From: Obrimoposthia wandeli
Lineage: Eukaryota
DNA length: 64,000 nt
Assembly (NCBI GenBank): GCA_977020255.1
Contig: CDROCS010001564.1
Location: 1 to 64,000 of the forward strand
Reading direction: 5' to 3'
Below, in pieces: positions 1 to 10,113 of this stretch (positions within the stretch are counted from its first letter, which is position 1; the number at the start of each line of letters is the position of its first letter). The translations under genes were made by a program, and so were the position numbers. The notes under the pieces are model-generated. The model did not search any database. It was not told where the DNA came from and saw nothing but the letters and a program-made list of their open reading frames with translations.

Positions 1-654
1 TTTAATCAGATCAAGTTTAACGATGTCTTTTTCATTGCTAATAACATTCGCCAAACCAATTTCTTTTGCTTCTAAACCCAATACTTCTTCCGTAATTGGA
101 TCTTTATAAACAATGCTTGCTCGGAAAATTCCGTAGGCATGTGCGACGCCGTTACTGAAATCACCACGGCCATACGCTACACCGCCTGCGCCGTTCATAA
201 TTCGACCACCACCCGCCGCAAGAATATAAGGAGCACCTTCAAGCTCACCCGCTTCAACAATACGGTTACGGGTAATGAATGGCATAATCGCATCCATTGG
301 AATGGTCGGAATCGCAGACTCAATCGGTTCAATACGAGCGGTTGGGCTCATTTTTACCGTGCGACTCTCTTCGCCACGAGAAACAACCGTCACACGCACT
401 TCACCACCAATATTCATCAAACCGATAATATCACCGGGGAAAATCAAATGCGGGTTCTTAACTTGGTTATTTTGGTACCAAATATTGGGCCATTGCCACG
501 CATCGTCGGTATAGCGTTCGGAGATATCCCATAATGTATCTCCCTTTTTAACCGTATATCGCTCTGGAGCGTCTGGTTTTAACGTTAAAGCGTGACTAAT
601 TGTGCTTAGTACTAGAAAAATCGCAGTAATTAGGTAACGAACTGTTTTGCTCAT
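1..654 (-). CDS. LysM-domain periplasmic protein (TsaP/PA0020-like), 5' part; runs off the window edge
   Basis: Absent from the ORF track. Manual translation from ATG at 654: MSKTVRYLITAIFLVLSTISHALTLKPDAPERYTVKKGDTLWDISERYTDDAWQWPNIWYQNNQVKNPHLIFPGD, i.e. signal peptide plus LysM motif. The parts of the frame I translated (start and window edge) are open. Divergent from def, as in Pseudomonas. Confidence 0.85.
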   Translation of the reverse strand, partial: MSKTVRYLITAIFLVLSTISHALTLKPDAPERYTVKKGDTLWDISERYTDDAWQWPNIWYQNNQVKNPHLIFPGDIIGLMNIGGEVRVTVVSRGEESRTVKMSPTARIEPIESAIPTIPMDAIMPFITRNRIVEAGELEGAPYILAAGGGRIMNGAGGVAYGRGDFSNGVAHAYGIFRASIVYKDPITEEVLGLEAKEIGLANVISNEKDIVKLDLIK

Positions 655-798
655 CCTATAATCCCTTTATCATTGGCATATCAGCCAACAGTCTTGTTTT
701 GCCTTGTTATTATTGAAGACGCTATTTAATTAAAAGTAGCTCTATATATTACATCTTAGCAAGTTAAGTCCCATTAGTTCTATAAGCGCATCACATCT

Positions 799-1320
799 AT
801 GGCCATATTAGAGATATTAGAGTACCCAGATAAGCGTCTGCGTACCATTGCAAAACCCGTTACAGAAGTCACGGATAATATTCGTAAAATCATCGACGAC
901 ATGTTCGAGACGATGTACGAAGCACCTGGAATTGGCCTCGCGGCGAGCCAGGTGGACGTTCATCTACGTATAGTGACGATGGATTTATCGGATGATAAAG
1001 ATGACCCTCTGGTTTTCATTAACCCAGAAGTCACCGTTTTAGAAGGTGAATTAGAAAGCATGCAAGAAGGCTGCTTATCGGTTCCTGGCTTCTATGAAGA
1101 CGTGACTCGAGTCGAGCATTGCCTAGTAAAAGCGCTTGATCGTAACGGTAAGCCGTTTGAATTGGAAGCGCGTGGTTTATTAGCCGTGTGTATTCAGCAC
1201 GAACTGGATCATCTTGAAGGCAAACTAATGGTGGATTATTTATCCCCACTAAAGCGCAACCGCATTAAGTCTAAGCTTGAAAAGCAACACAAGTTAGAAG
1301 CGCGCCACAACCGTCGTTAA
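799..1320 (+). CDS. def: Peptide deformylase
   Basis: Motifs [13 protein letters not shown] and HELDH; directly upstream of fmt. Confidence 0.97.
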   Translation: MAILEILEYPDKRLRTIAKPVTEVTDNIRKIIDDMFETMYEAPGIGLAASQVDVHLRIVTMDLSDDKDDPLVFINPEVTVLEGELESMQEGCLSVPGFYEDVTRVEHCLVKALDRNGKPFELEARGLLAVCIQHELDHLEGKLMVDYLSPLKRNRIKSKLEKQHKLEARHNRR

Positions 1321-1349
1321 CACACGGTCGCCGCTAAGAAAGAGAGATT

Positions 1350-2303
1350 ATGGACGCCTTGAATATTGTTTTTGCCGGTACGCCGGATTTCGCTGCAGGT
1401 CATTTACAAGCGCTTATCGACAGTCGTCATAATGTGGTTGGCGTTTATAGCCAGCCCGACCGTCCTGCGGGCCGTGGTAAAAAGTTACAGCCTAGTCCAG
1501 TAAAAAAACTGGCTTTAGAGCATGAGATTCCGGTATTCCAACCGCTCAACTTTAAGCAAGAAGGTTCGATTGAAGAACTGAAAGCGTTGAATGCCGATAT
1601 CATGATTGTAGTAGCGTATGGTTTATTGCTGCCATTAGCGGTATTAGAAGCCCCTAAAATGGGTTGTCTAAATGTGCACGCATCTATCTTGCCCCGCTGG
1701 CGTGGTGCAGCGCCGATTCAACGGGCAATTCAAGCAGGTGATGCTGAAACAGGCATCACCATCATGCAAATGGATGTTGGCTTAGATACTGGCGACATGT
1801 TGAGTAAAACCGTCATCGAGATTAAAGCCGATGAAACCGGTGGCAGCTTGCACGACCGCTTGTTAGAAAAAGGGCCGACCGCGTTATTGCAAACCCTGAC
1901 TCTGCTGCAAGCGGGTGAGGCCATTGCGGAAAAGCAAGAGGATGAATTAGCCAACTACGCGCATAAACTGAGCAAAGAAGAAGCCCTGATTAACTGGTCT
2001 TTGCCTGCGCAAGAGATTGAATTGAATATTCGCGCCTTTAACCCATTCCCTTGTGCTTATGCCTTATTAGGTGATCAGCGTATTAAAGTATGGCAGGCCA
2101 TTACGCTGGAAGAACCCACCACGTTATTGCCAGGTACCATCGCTAGAGTCAGTGCCGAAGGCCTTGATGTTGCGACGGGGGCCGGTTTAATCCGTTTATT
2201 AAATATTCAACTTATCGGCAAAAAAGCCATGACGATCCGCGACTTCCTCAACGGTCAGCCCAATTTGTTTCAGCCACAGCACATGTTTGCTAGCCAGGCC
2301 TAA
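1350..2303 (+). CDS. fmt: Methionyl-tRNA formyltransferase
   Basis: FAGTPDFA, NVHASILPRWRGAAPIQRAI; def-fmt-rsmB synteny. Confidence 0.97.
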   Translation: MDALNIVFAGTPDFAAGHLQALIDSRHNVVGVYSQPDRPAGRGKKLQPSPVKKLALEHEIPVFQPLNFKQEGSIEELKALNADIMIVVAYGLLLPLAVLEAPKMGCLNVHASILPRWRGAAPIQRAIQAGDAETGITIMQMDVGLDTGDMLSKTVIEIKADETGGSLHDRLLEKGPTALLQTLTLLQAGEAIAEKQEDELANYAHKLSKEEALINWSLPAQEIELNIRAFNPFPCAYALLGDQRIKVWQAITLEEPTTLLPGTIARVSAEGLDVATGAGLIRLLNIQLIGKKAMTIRDFLNGQPNLFQPQHMFASQA

Positions 2304-2311
2304 TTAATACT

Positions 2312-3691
2312 ATGTCCAGATCAACTACCTCTACACCTACAAAGAATATTCGCGCTACCGCTGCACGGGTTTTAACTCAAGTCCAATACGGGCAATCATT
2401 AGCCCAATGCTTACCTGCTGCGGAAGATAAAATCGAGTTTGACGACATCCCTTTTTTACGTGAGCTTTGCTACGGCAGCTGTCGTTGGTATTTCCGTTTA
2501 AATGCCTTGGCAAAAATGCTGCTCGAAAAACCTTTTCAAGACCATGATGAAGATTTACATCAGTTATTGATTATTGGCTTGTATCAATTAGATATTCAGA
2601 AGAAAGCAGCCCATGCCGCTATTTATGAAACTGTAGAAGCCGCTATTAGCTTAGACAAGCCCTATTGTAAAGGTGTGATCAATGCCTGTTTGCGCCGCTA
2701 TGAGCGTGAACATATTGAGTTGAATAAATCCCTTGGGGATAACCCGGTGACTCTACACAGCCATCCAAAATGGTTAGTAAAAGCACTGAAGAAAGCTTGG
2801 CCTGATAATTATTTAGAAATAATGGAAGCCAACAATCAGCATCCTCCTTTTTGTATTCGAGTGAATCAGCTTCATCATAGTCGTGAAGAATACTTAGCCT
2901 TACTAGAGCAAGCGGGCATTCCAGCGAGCGCAGGCAAGCATGCTGAGCACAGTATTTATCTTGATCATGCGATGAATGTTTTTGAACTGCCAGGCTTTGA
3001 AGAAGGCTGGTGCAGTGTGCAAGATGAAGCCGCACAATTGGCCGCAGAATTATTAGAACCACAAGCGGGTGAAAAAATTCTTGATGCTTGCGCAGCTCCC
3101 GGTGGTAAAACCTGCCATATTTTAGAAAGTGCCGCCGATTTAAACGTGACCGCTATCGACTTAGAAGAAAAGCGCTTAGTTCGCGTAAACGAGAACTTAG
3201 AGCGTTTAAACCTAGAAGCTAAAACCATTGCTTGCGATGCAAATGATCTGGATGCTTGGTGGGATGGCGAGTTGTTCGATCGTATCTTATTAGACGCTCC
3301 TTGCGCTGCAATTGGAGTTATACGTCGTCACCCAGATATCAAACTACTGCGTCGCAAAGAAGACATTGAGCAACTAGCCGATGTGCAGCTAGGCTTATTA
3401 AAGTCACTGTGGTCTACGTTAAAACCCGGTGGTCGCTTAGTGTATGCCACCTGTTCCATCATGCCGATGGAAAATGCAGCGGTAATTGATGCGTTTATCC
3501 AGACACAAAATGATGCACATCAGGACGTACAGGTTTATAGTCTTCAAGATAGAAGCTGGGGAGTTGAGAGTGGTCAAGGTCGACAGCTATTCCCACAACG
3601 CTCAATCCAATCAGACGACGCAGAATCTGGTGAGAAGACAGAGCAAGGTCATGATGGTTTTTACTATGCTGTTCTCGAAAAAAAGAAATAG
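2312..3691 (+). CDS. rsmB: 16S rRNA m5C967 methyltransferase
   Basis: NusB-like N-terminus, [23 protein letters not shown]. Confidence 0.95.
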   Translation: MSRSTTSTPTKNIRATAARVLTQVQYGQSLAQCLPAAEDKIEFDDIPFLRELCYGSCRWYFRLNALAKMLLEKPFQDHDEDLHQLLIIGLYQLDIQKKAAHAAIYETVEAAISLDKPYCKGVINACLRRYEREHIELNKSLGDNPVTLHSHPKWLVKALKKAWPDNYLEIMEANNQHPPFCIRVNQLHHSREEYLALLEQAGIPASAGKHAEHSIYLDHAMNVFELPGFEEGWCSVQDEAAQLAAELLEPQAGEKILDACAAPGGKTCHILESAADLNVTAIDLEEKRLVRVNENLERLNLEAKTIACDANDLDAWWDGELFDRILLDAPCAAIGVIRRHPDIKLLRRKEDIEQLADVQLGLLKSLWSTLKPGGRLVYATCSIMPMENAAVIDAFIQTQNDAHQDVQVYSLQDRSWGVESGQGRQLFPQRSIQSDDAESGEKTEQGHDGFYYAVLEKKK

Positions 3692-3692
3692 A

Positions 3693-5066
3693 GTGAAGAT
3701 AATAATTTTAGGTGCAGGCCAAGTAGGCGGCACCTTGGCAGAAAACCTCGCTAATGAACAAAACGACATTACCGTTATCGATACGGATGCTCAGCGTTTG
3801 CGTGAGCTGCAAGATTTAATCGACATTAAAACCGTCGTTGGCACAGGCTCTTATCCTCAGGTTCTGCGTCAAGCAGGTGCTGATGATGCCGACATGCTGA
3901 TTGCGGTGACTAACTCTGACGAAACCAATATGGTGGCCTGCCAGATTGCTTATACTCTATTTCGTACTCCTACGAAAATTAGCCGTATCCGCTCAAATGC
4001 CTACCTTAAACAGAAAGAACTGTTTAAATCAGACGCTTTCCCTATCGACGTATTGATTTCTCCTGAACAAGTCGTAACTAACTATATTAAGCGCTTATTA
4101 GAATATCCAGGTACGTTACAAGTATTGGATTTTGCTGATGAAAAAGTTCAGCTAGTTGCGGTTCGTGCTTATCACGGTGGATTATTGGTAGGACAAGAAC
4201 TTAGAAAGTTAAAAGAACACATGCCAAAGGCTGATACCAAGGTAGCGGCCATTTACCGCCGTGGTAAAGCCATTTTACCGACCGCTGATACGGTGATTGA
4301 AGTGGATGATGAAGTCTTCTTCATTGCGGCAAAAAATCATATCAAAACCGTCATGAGTGAACTGCGCCGCGAAGAAGATTCTTACAAGCGAATTTTAATC
4401 GCAGGGGGCGGTAATATTGGTTATCGCTTAGCTAAAACCTTAGAAAGTAAATATCGCCTTAAACTGATTGAACACGGCGAAGGTCGTGCTAAATTTCTCA
4501 GTGAAAATTTATCCAAGACCGTTGTTTTGATGGGTAGCGCGACAGACCAAGCGTTATTAGAAGAAGAGAATATCGATAATATTGATGTGTTTTGCGCTGT
4601 CACGAACGACGACGAAACCAACATCATGTCGTCTATGCTAGCCAAGCGTTTAGGCGCACGCAAAGTGATGACCCTAATAAACAAGGCGGCTTATGTCGAT
4701 CTTGTGCAAGGTGGTGTGATTGATGTTGCCATCTCTCCTCAGCAAACGACTATTGGCAGCTTGCTTACTCACGTAAGACGCGGGGACGTAGTAAACGTTC
4801 ACTCACTTCGTCGTGGTGCTGCCGAAGCCATTGAAGCCATTGCACATGGTGACAAGCTGACATCAAAAGTAGTAGGCCGTAACGTTGCCGATATTGATCT
4901 ACCAAAAGGTACAACTATCGGTGCCATCGTTCGCGGTGATCAAGTGATTATTTCTCATGGAAAGCTCATGGTGGAATCTGACGACCATATCATTTTGTTC
5001 GTAGTTGATAAGCGTCGAATTCCAGAAGTTGAAAGATTGTTCCAAGTCGGATTAGGGTTCTTCTAA
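3693..5066 (+). CDS. trkA: Trk potassium uptake NAD-binding subunit
   Basis: GTG start at 3693 gives (M)[11 protein letters not shown] and 457 aa; second Rossmann motif [10 protein letters not shown]. The track start at 3486 is an upstream over-extension into rsmB. Confidence 0.95.
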   Translation: MKIIILGAGQVGGTLAENLANEQNDITVIDTDAQRLRELQDLIDIKTVVGTGSYPQVLRQAGADDADMLIAVTNSDETNMVACQIAYTLFRTPTKISRIRSNAYLKQKELFKSDAFPIDVLISPEQVVTNYIKRLLEYPGTLQVLDFADEKVQLVAVRAYHGGLLVGQELRKLKEHMPKADTKVAAIYRRGKAILPTADTVIEVDDEVFFIAAKNHIKTVMSELRREEDSYKRILIAGGGNIGYRLAKTLESKYRLKLIEHGEGRAKFLSENLSKTVVLMGSATDQALLEEENIDNIDVFCAVTNDDETNIMSSMLAKRLGARKVMTLINKAAYVDLVQGGVIDVAISPQQTTIGSLLTHVRRGDVVNVHSLRRGAAEAIEAIAHGDKLTSKVVGRNVADIDLPKGTTIGAIVRGDQVIISHGKLMVESDDHIILFVVDKRRIPEVERLFQVGLGFF

Positions 5067-5068
5067 GC

Positions 5069-6517
5069 ATGCATTTTTCTGTTATTGCTCGGGTACTAGG
5101 GCTGCTGATGATGATTTTCAGCTTCACTTTAGTGCCACCTATGTTGGTTTCTTTACTCTATCAAGATGGTACTTTGAATGCTTTTCTATATGCACTGATG
5201 ATCACTTTTGGGATTGGTCTTGTTGTCTGGCTCCCCGTCCGCAATCATAAACAGGAACTGAAAACCCGAGATGGGTTTATCATCACTGTCTTATTCTGGT
5301 TAGTGTTAGCCTTCTCCGGAAGCCTTCCTCTTTACCTCGCCGACCATCCCGGTCTTAGTTATACCGATGCCTTTTTTGAATCGCTTTCCGGCTGGACAAC
5401 CACCGGGGCTACCGTGATTACCGGCCTTGATGAATTACCAAAATCCATTCTCTGGTATCGCCAGCAGTTACAATGGTTGGGTGGAATGGGGATTATTGTT
5501 TTAGCCGTTGCCGTATTACCGATGCTTGGTATTGGTGGTATGCAGCTATTTAGAGCAGAGACACCTGGCCCAGTTAAAGATTCTAAGCTAACGCCTAGGA
5601 TCACCGAGACGGCTAAAGCTCTTTGGTACATCTATCTTTCGTTAACCATTGCCTGTGCCACCGCCTATTGGTTCGCAGGTATGTCATTATTTGATGCTAT
5701 TGGCCATAGCTTTGCGACGGTTGCGATTGGAGGTTTCTCAACTCACGATGCCTCCTTAGGTTTCTTTAATAGCCCTACAATCGAAGCCATCGCGATGATT
5801 TTTATGGTTATTTCTGTATTAAACTTCGGCCTTCATTTCTATGCTTGGAAGAATAAATCACTTTTACATTACTTCATGGATTCTGAGTTTAAATTTTTAC
5901 TTTGGATTCTAGCGGGGGGAGCTCTATTAACAGTCTCTGCGCTTTGGCTAACCGATACTTATACGTTATCTGAATCAATTCGAAATGGTTTATTCCAACT
6001 AATATCCATCTCAACCACAACCGGTTTTGGCACCGCTGGCTTTGCCGAATGGCCGGTATTTTTACCGGTATTATTGTTCATGATGGCCTTTATTGGCGGC
6101 TGTGCAGGTTCAACCGGTGGCGGCATGAAAGTAATACGTATCTTGCTTATTTATAAGCAGGGGATTCGGGAAATACGTCGCTTGATTCACCCCAACGCGA
6201 TTATCCCCATCAAAATCAATAAGCGCCCAGTCAATGATCGGGTACTTGAGTCTGTATGGGGATTTTTCTCGGTCTATATTCTTACCTATATGATCATGAT
6301 GGTTGCACTTCTGGCTACCGGCCTTGATCACGTGACTGCTTTTTCGGCAGTCGGTGCTTGCCTTAATAACCTAGGCCCAGGTCTTGGTGACGTCGCGGCA
6401 CATTATGGCAATATCAGTGATGTTGCTAAGTGGATACTTTCAATCACTATGCTGCTTGGACGCTTAGAGATCTTCACATTCTTAGTATTAATGAGTCCCG
6501 CCTTTTGGCGTAATTAA
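5069..6517 (+). CDS. trkH: Trk potassium uptake membrane subunit
   Basis: Polytopic; pore motifs SGWTTTGAT, TVAIGGFS, STTTGFG, GCAGSTGGGMK, LNNLGPGLG. Confidence 0.95.
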   Translation: MHFSVIARVLGLLMMIFSFTLVPPMLVSLLYQDGTLNAFLYALMITFGIGLVVWLPVRNHKQELKTRDGFIITVLFWLVLAFSGSLPLYLADHPGLSYTDAFFESLSGWTTTGATVITGLDELPKSILWYRQQLQWLGGMGIIVLAVAVLPMLGIGGMQLFRAETPGPVKDSKLTPRITETAKALWYIYLSLTIACATAYWFAGMSLFDAIGHSFATVAIGGFSTHDASLGFFNSPTIEAIAMIFMVISVLNFGLHFYAWKNKSLLHYFMDSEFKFLLWILAGGALLTVSALWLTDTYTLSESIRNGLFQLISISTTTGFGTAGFAEWPVFLPVLLFMMAFIGGCAGSTGGGMKVIRILLIYKQGIREIRRLIHPNAIIPIKINKRPVNDRVLESVWGFFSVYILTYMIMMVALLATGLDHVTAFSAVGACLNNLGPGLGDVAAHYGNISDVAKWILSITMLLGRLEIFTFLVLMSPAFWRN

Positions 6518-6660
6518 AACAGCCTTCTATCTTCATCATTCTTGAGTGGATTAGGTCGAGCGAAGTTGAAAAGCTTTGCTAGACTTACCTCACATAGCTC
6601 TTCTTATTTAGTGTTGCGTATGGAACCTATTTATTGGCAAAGGATGCATGATTCAGCCTT

Positions 6661-8298
6661 ATGATTAATTTGGAAAAAGCGTTAGCGGGTAGGCGAATAC
6701 TGATCGTCGACGACCTCGTTGAAGCCCGCAGCTCATTAAAAAAAATGGCAACCATATTAGGGGGCGGCAATATCGATGTCGCCACTGATGGTATCGAAGC
6801 CATGCATCTAATTCATGAAAATGAGTATGACATAGTCTTATCTGACTATAATCTCGGCCGCACCAAAGATGGACAGCAGATTTTAGAAGAAGCCCGCTTT
6901 ACCGACCGACTGCGCGCCACATCGTTATTCATTGTTGTTACGGGTGAGAATGCCATCGATATGGTGATGGGGGCCTTAGAATACGACCCTGACGGCTATA
7001 TAACAAAGCCCTATACCCTAAATATGCTAAAAGAGCGCTTGATTCGTATTATTACGGTCAAAGAAGAATTGCGCCTAGTAAACGAAGCTATTGATTTACA
7101 AAAATACGATCTCGCGATCAAGCGCTGCTTAGAAGTACTGAAAAATAGCCCGCGCTTAAGACTACCCGCCTCTCGTATTTTAGGCCAATTATTATTACGC
7201 CAAAAACAGTTCGAGCCAGCATTGAAAATTTATTCTCATTTGTTAGATGAACGTTCCGTCTCTTGGGCAAAGTTAGGACAAGCCATCTGTATTTTTAAGC
7301 TAGGCGATCCTGATAGTGCTTTAGCCTTGTTAAGACGCACGTTGGTTACCCACCCACTTTATGTACAGTGTTACGACTGGATCGCAAAGATATTATTAAC
7401 CTTAGAAAAACCTTTAGAAGCACAAGAAGCCCTTGAGAAAGCCATCGCAATTTCTCCAAAAGCCGTCTTAAGGCAAATGGAACTAGGGCGAATAGCGTTT
7501 GAGAATGGCGATATGGCGGTGGCAGAACCTGCCTTTAAATACTCAGTTCGCCTCGGTCGTTATTCGTGTCATAAGTCGGTTAAAAATTATTTACAATTCG
7601 CTCGAGCCGCTCAAGCTTTCCTCAACGATCCTAAAGAAAGACAGACTCAGAACAAGGCTAATGAGGCCTTTCGAGCTTTAGACGAATTAAAACAAGATTT
7701 TGCCGATGATCAGGATTCACTATTTGAAGCCTCGATTGTGGAGAGTAAAACCCACCTCAATATGGAAAACAAAGATGACGCAAAACGCAGTGCTAATGAG
7801 GCCGAGGAGCTATTAGCCAAATTAGAATGTCCTAAGATGGATTATAAACTGCAAATGACAGAAACGTTTATCGAAACAGATCAATCGGTTAAAGCACAAC
7901 TGATGATTGATGAGCTCAAAGACTTAGAGCTTTCTGATAAGCAAAAAATCATACTCAACCGCCTTGATCATGAATTAAACGGCGAAGCGTTGAAGCGTCA
8001 TACAACCAGTCTAAATGATGAAGGGGTCGGCCACTATGAACGTGGTGAACTTGAAGAGGCTATCATTGCTTTTGACCAAGCAACTCGCTATGAACAAGCC
8101 GGCATCAGTGTGCTATTGAACGCCATACAAGCAAAAATATCGTTAATGGAACGAGATAGCCCGGATAAGAAAATCCTTAAAGATTGCCGTTCTCTATTAA
8201 TTCGAATCGGCACCATTGCTAAAGATGATGACCGTTTTACTCGCTATTCTCGCCTGCGTAAGACCTATGACCGATTGTGCAGAGCGGCTGCAGCATGA
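6661..8298 (+). CDS. Response regulator: N-terminal receiver domain followed by a TPR-like helical region
   Basis: ILIVDD ... LSDYNLG ... YITKP receiver motifs, then helical TPR-like repeats; no DNA-binding output domain seen. Confidence 0.8.
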   Translation: MINLEKALAGRRILIVDDLVEARSSLKKMATILGGGNIDVATDGIEAMHLIHENEYDIVLSDYNLGRTKDGQQILEEARFTDRLRATSLFIVVTGENAIDMVMGALEYDPDGYITKPYTLNMLKERLIRIITVKEELRLVNEAIDLQKYDLAIKRCLEVLKNSPRLRLPASRILGQLLLRQKQFEPALKIYSHLLDERSVSWAKLGQAICIFKLGDPDSALALLRRTLVTHPLYVQCYDWIAKILLTLEKPLEAQEALEKAIAISPKAVLRQMELGRIAFENGDMAVAEPAFKYSVRLGRYSCHKSVKNYLQFARAAQAFLNDPKERQTQNKANEAFRALDELKQDFADDQDSLFEASIVESKTHLNMENKDDAKRSANEAEELLAKLECPKMDYKLQMTETFIETDQSVKAQLMIDELKDLELSDKQKIILNRLDHELNGEALKRHTTSLNDEGVGHYERGELEEAIIAFDQATRYEQAGISVLLNAIQAKISLMERDSPDKKILKDCRSLLIRIGTIAKDDDRFTRYSRLRKTYDRLCRAAAA

Positions 8299-8942
8299 AG
8301 CATGAAGCTAAGTTTGAGTTCTTAGTCGCTGCCTTTGTTCATGATCTGAAGAACCAATTGCAATCCTTATCGGGTCAGCAAGATTTATTAATCAATGATC
8401 TACCGGAAGAATATCAGCAAAAGTTAGCACCGATGCTACGCCAAACGAACAAGATAAAAGAAGACACATTAAGGCTAGTCAGCTTATTTCGCTTAGAGAA
8501 TAAAGACAGCTTTGCCATGGATGATGCTTGGCCAAGAGACACTGCAAACAGTGCTATTGAATCTTGCAGCTTACAATTTCCTCAACTGAAAATCGACAAT
8601 CGTATTAGCTTAGAGGCACAAGGTTTCTATAACGAACAACTTATTCAATTAGCGCTCGTAACACTGATAACCAATAGTGCTCAAGCGGGGGCTAAATACA
8701 TAGAAGTACTTTGTGAAGAAGTTGAGAATCAAAGCCTGAGTATCACTATCCATGACGATGGACCGGGATTCAGCCAAGATATTCTCGACGGTTTAGCGGA
8801 TACCACTAAAGCAGAAGGAACGGGTCTAGGACTCTCTTTTGCTGAGATGATTTGCCAGGCCCACAAAGGTGCTAGCAAACAAGGAAAACTCACCATCAAT
8901 AATTCAAAAGTGGGCGCCATAGCGACCCTTTTCCTACCGTAG
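8295..8942 (+). CDS. Small soluble histidine kinase (HisKA + HATPase only)
   Basis: H-box HDLKN, N-box LITNSAQA, G1 HDDGPGF, G2 GTGLGL; ATGA overlap with the upstream stop; no TM or sensor domain. Confidence 0.8.
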   Translation: MKHEAKFEFLVAAFVHDLKNQLQSLSGQQDLLINDLPEEYQQKLAPMLRQTNKIKEDTLRLVSLFRLENKDSFAMDDAWPRDTANSAIESCSLQFPQLKIDNRISLEAQGFYNEQLIQLALVTLITNSAQAGAKYIEVLCEEVENQSLSITIHDDGPGFSQDILDGLADTTKAEGTGLGLSFAEMICQAHKGASKQGKLTINNSKVGAIATLFLP

Positions 8943-9072
8943 AATACCCCCTAAACTCAATAATCACTTAAATCACAGAGGATATTACCTAGTGCCTACG
9001 GCGCTCTGCACTGCTATAATCCCAGCCTTTCGTATCTCCATATTTAACGTTGTTAGCATAGAAGGTCGCATC

Positions 9073-10113
9073 GTGTCTGAAATAGCATCTGAACAAAGCC
9101 GCCATAATGTAAAAACTTTTCAAGGCCTAATTGCCGCCTTGCAAGAGTTCTGGTCCGAACAGGGCTGTATTATTAGCCAACCAATTGATCTAGAAGTCGG
9201 TGCTGGCACATTTCACACCTCGACTTTCTTACGCGCAATCGGCCCAGAATCATGGAATGCCGCTTATGTTCAGCCATGTCGTCGTCCTACCGATGGCCGC
9301 TATGGTGAAAACCCAAACCGCTTACAGCACTACTACCAGTTTCAGGTAGTGATGAAGCCTTCGCCATTAGACATTCAAGAAAAATACTTGGAATGTCTAA
9401 AGGTTATCGGCATTGATACCCTAGTTCACGATATTCGTTTCGTAGAAGATAACTGGGAATCTCCAACACTTGGCGCTTGGGGCCTTGGCTGGGAAGTTTG
9501 GTTAAACGGCATGGAAGTAACTCAGTTCACCTATTTCCAACAAGTGGGTGGCCTAGAATGCTATCCAGTGACCGGTGAAATTACCATTGGTCTTGAGCGT
9601 ATTGCCATGTACCTGCAAGAAGTAGATTCTATCTATGACCTTGTTTGGACTTATGGTCCTGATGGTAAAGCCGTTACTTATGGCGATGTTTTCCACCAGA
9701 ACGAAGTTGAAATGTCAGCCTACAACTTTGAACATGCTGATGTTGATTTCTTATTCACGGCCTTTGATCAGCACGAAAAAGATTGTGCACGCTTGATCGA
9801 AGCAGGCCTTGCATTGCCCGCTTATGAAAAAGTTTTAAAAGCGTCCCATGCCTTTAATATGTTGGATGCACGTCACGCGATTTCGGTTACCGAGCGTCAG
9901 GGTTATATCTTACGTGTTCGTACGTTAGCGCGCAGCGTTGCCGAAGCGTATTTCCAGTCTCGCCGCATTCTAGAATTCCCATTAGCCCCTGATGACCTTC
10001 GTAAAGAAGTTCTAGCGTTGGCTGCTGCCTCTGAAAAAGCAGAAGCAGACAAAGCCGCAAAGAAGGCAGCAAAAGAAGCTGCTAAAAATGCAAAAGCAGG
10101 GGAGAAGAAATAA
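9073..10113 (+). CDS. glyQ: Glycyl-tRNA synthetase alpha subunit
   Basis: [41 protein letters not shown]; likely GTG start at 9073. Confidence 0.96.
   Translation: MSEIASEQSRHNVKTFQGLIAALQEFWSEQGCIISQPIDLEVGAGTFHTSTFLRAIGPESWNAAYVQPCRRPTDGRYGENPNRLQHYYQFQVVMKPSPLDIQEKYLECLKVIGIDTLVHDIRFVEDNWESPTLGAWGLGWEVWLNGMEVTQFTYFQQVGGLECYPVTGEITIGLERIAMYLQEVDSIYDLVWTYGPDGKAVTYGDVFHQNEVEMSAYNFEHADVDFLFTAFDQHEKDCARLIEAGLALPAYEKVLKASHAFNMLDARHAISVTERQGYILRVRTLARSVAEAYFQSRRILEFPLAPDDLRKEVLALAAASEKAEADKAAKKAAKEAAKNAKAGEKK

Noticed and set aside
139-534. Plus-strand ORFs 139-534 and 275-514
   Set aside because: Antisense shadows of the minus-strand LysM gene, which has clear motifs
3486-3692. N-terminal extension of TrkA in the ORF track
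   Set aside because: Overlaps rsmB; the canonical TrkA start ([11 protein letters not shown]) is the GTG at 3693
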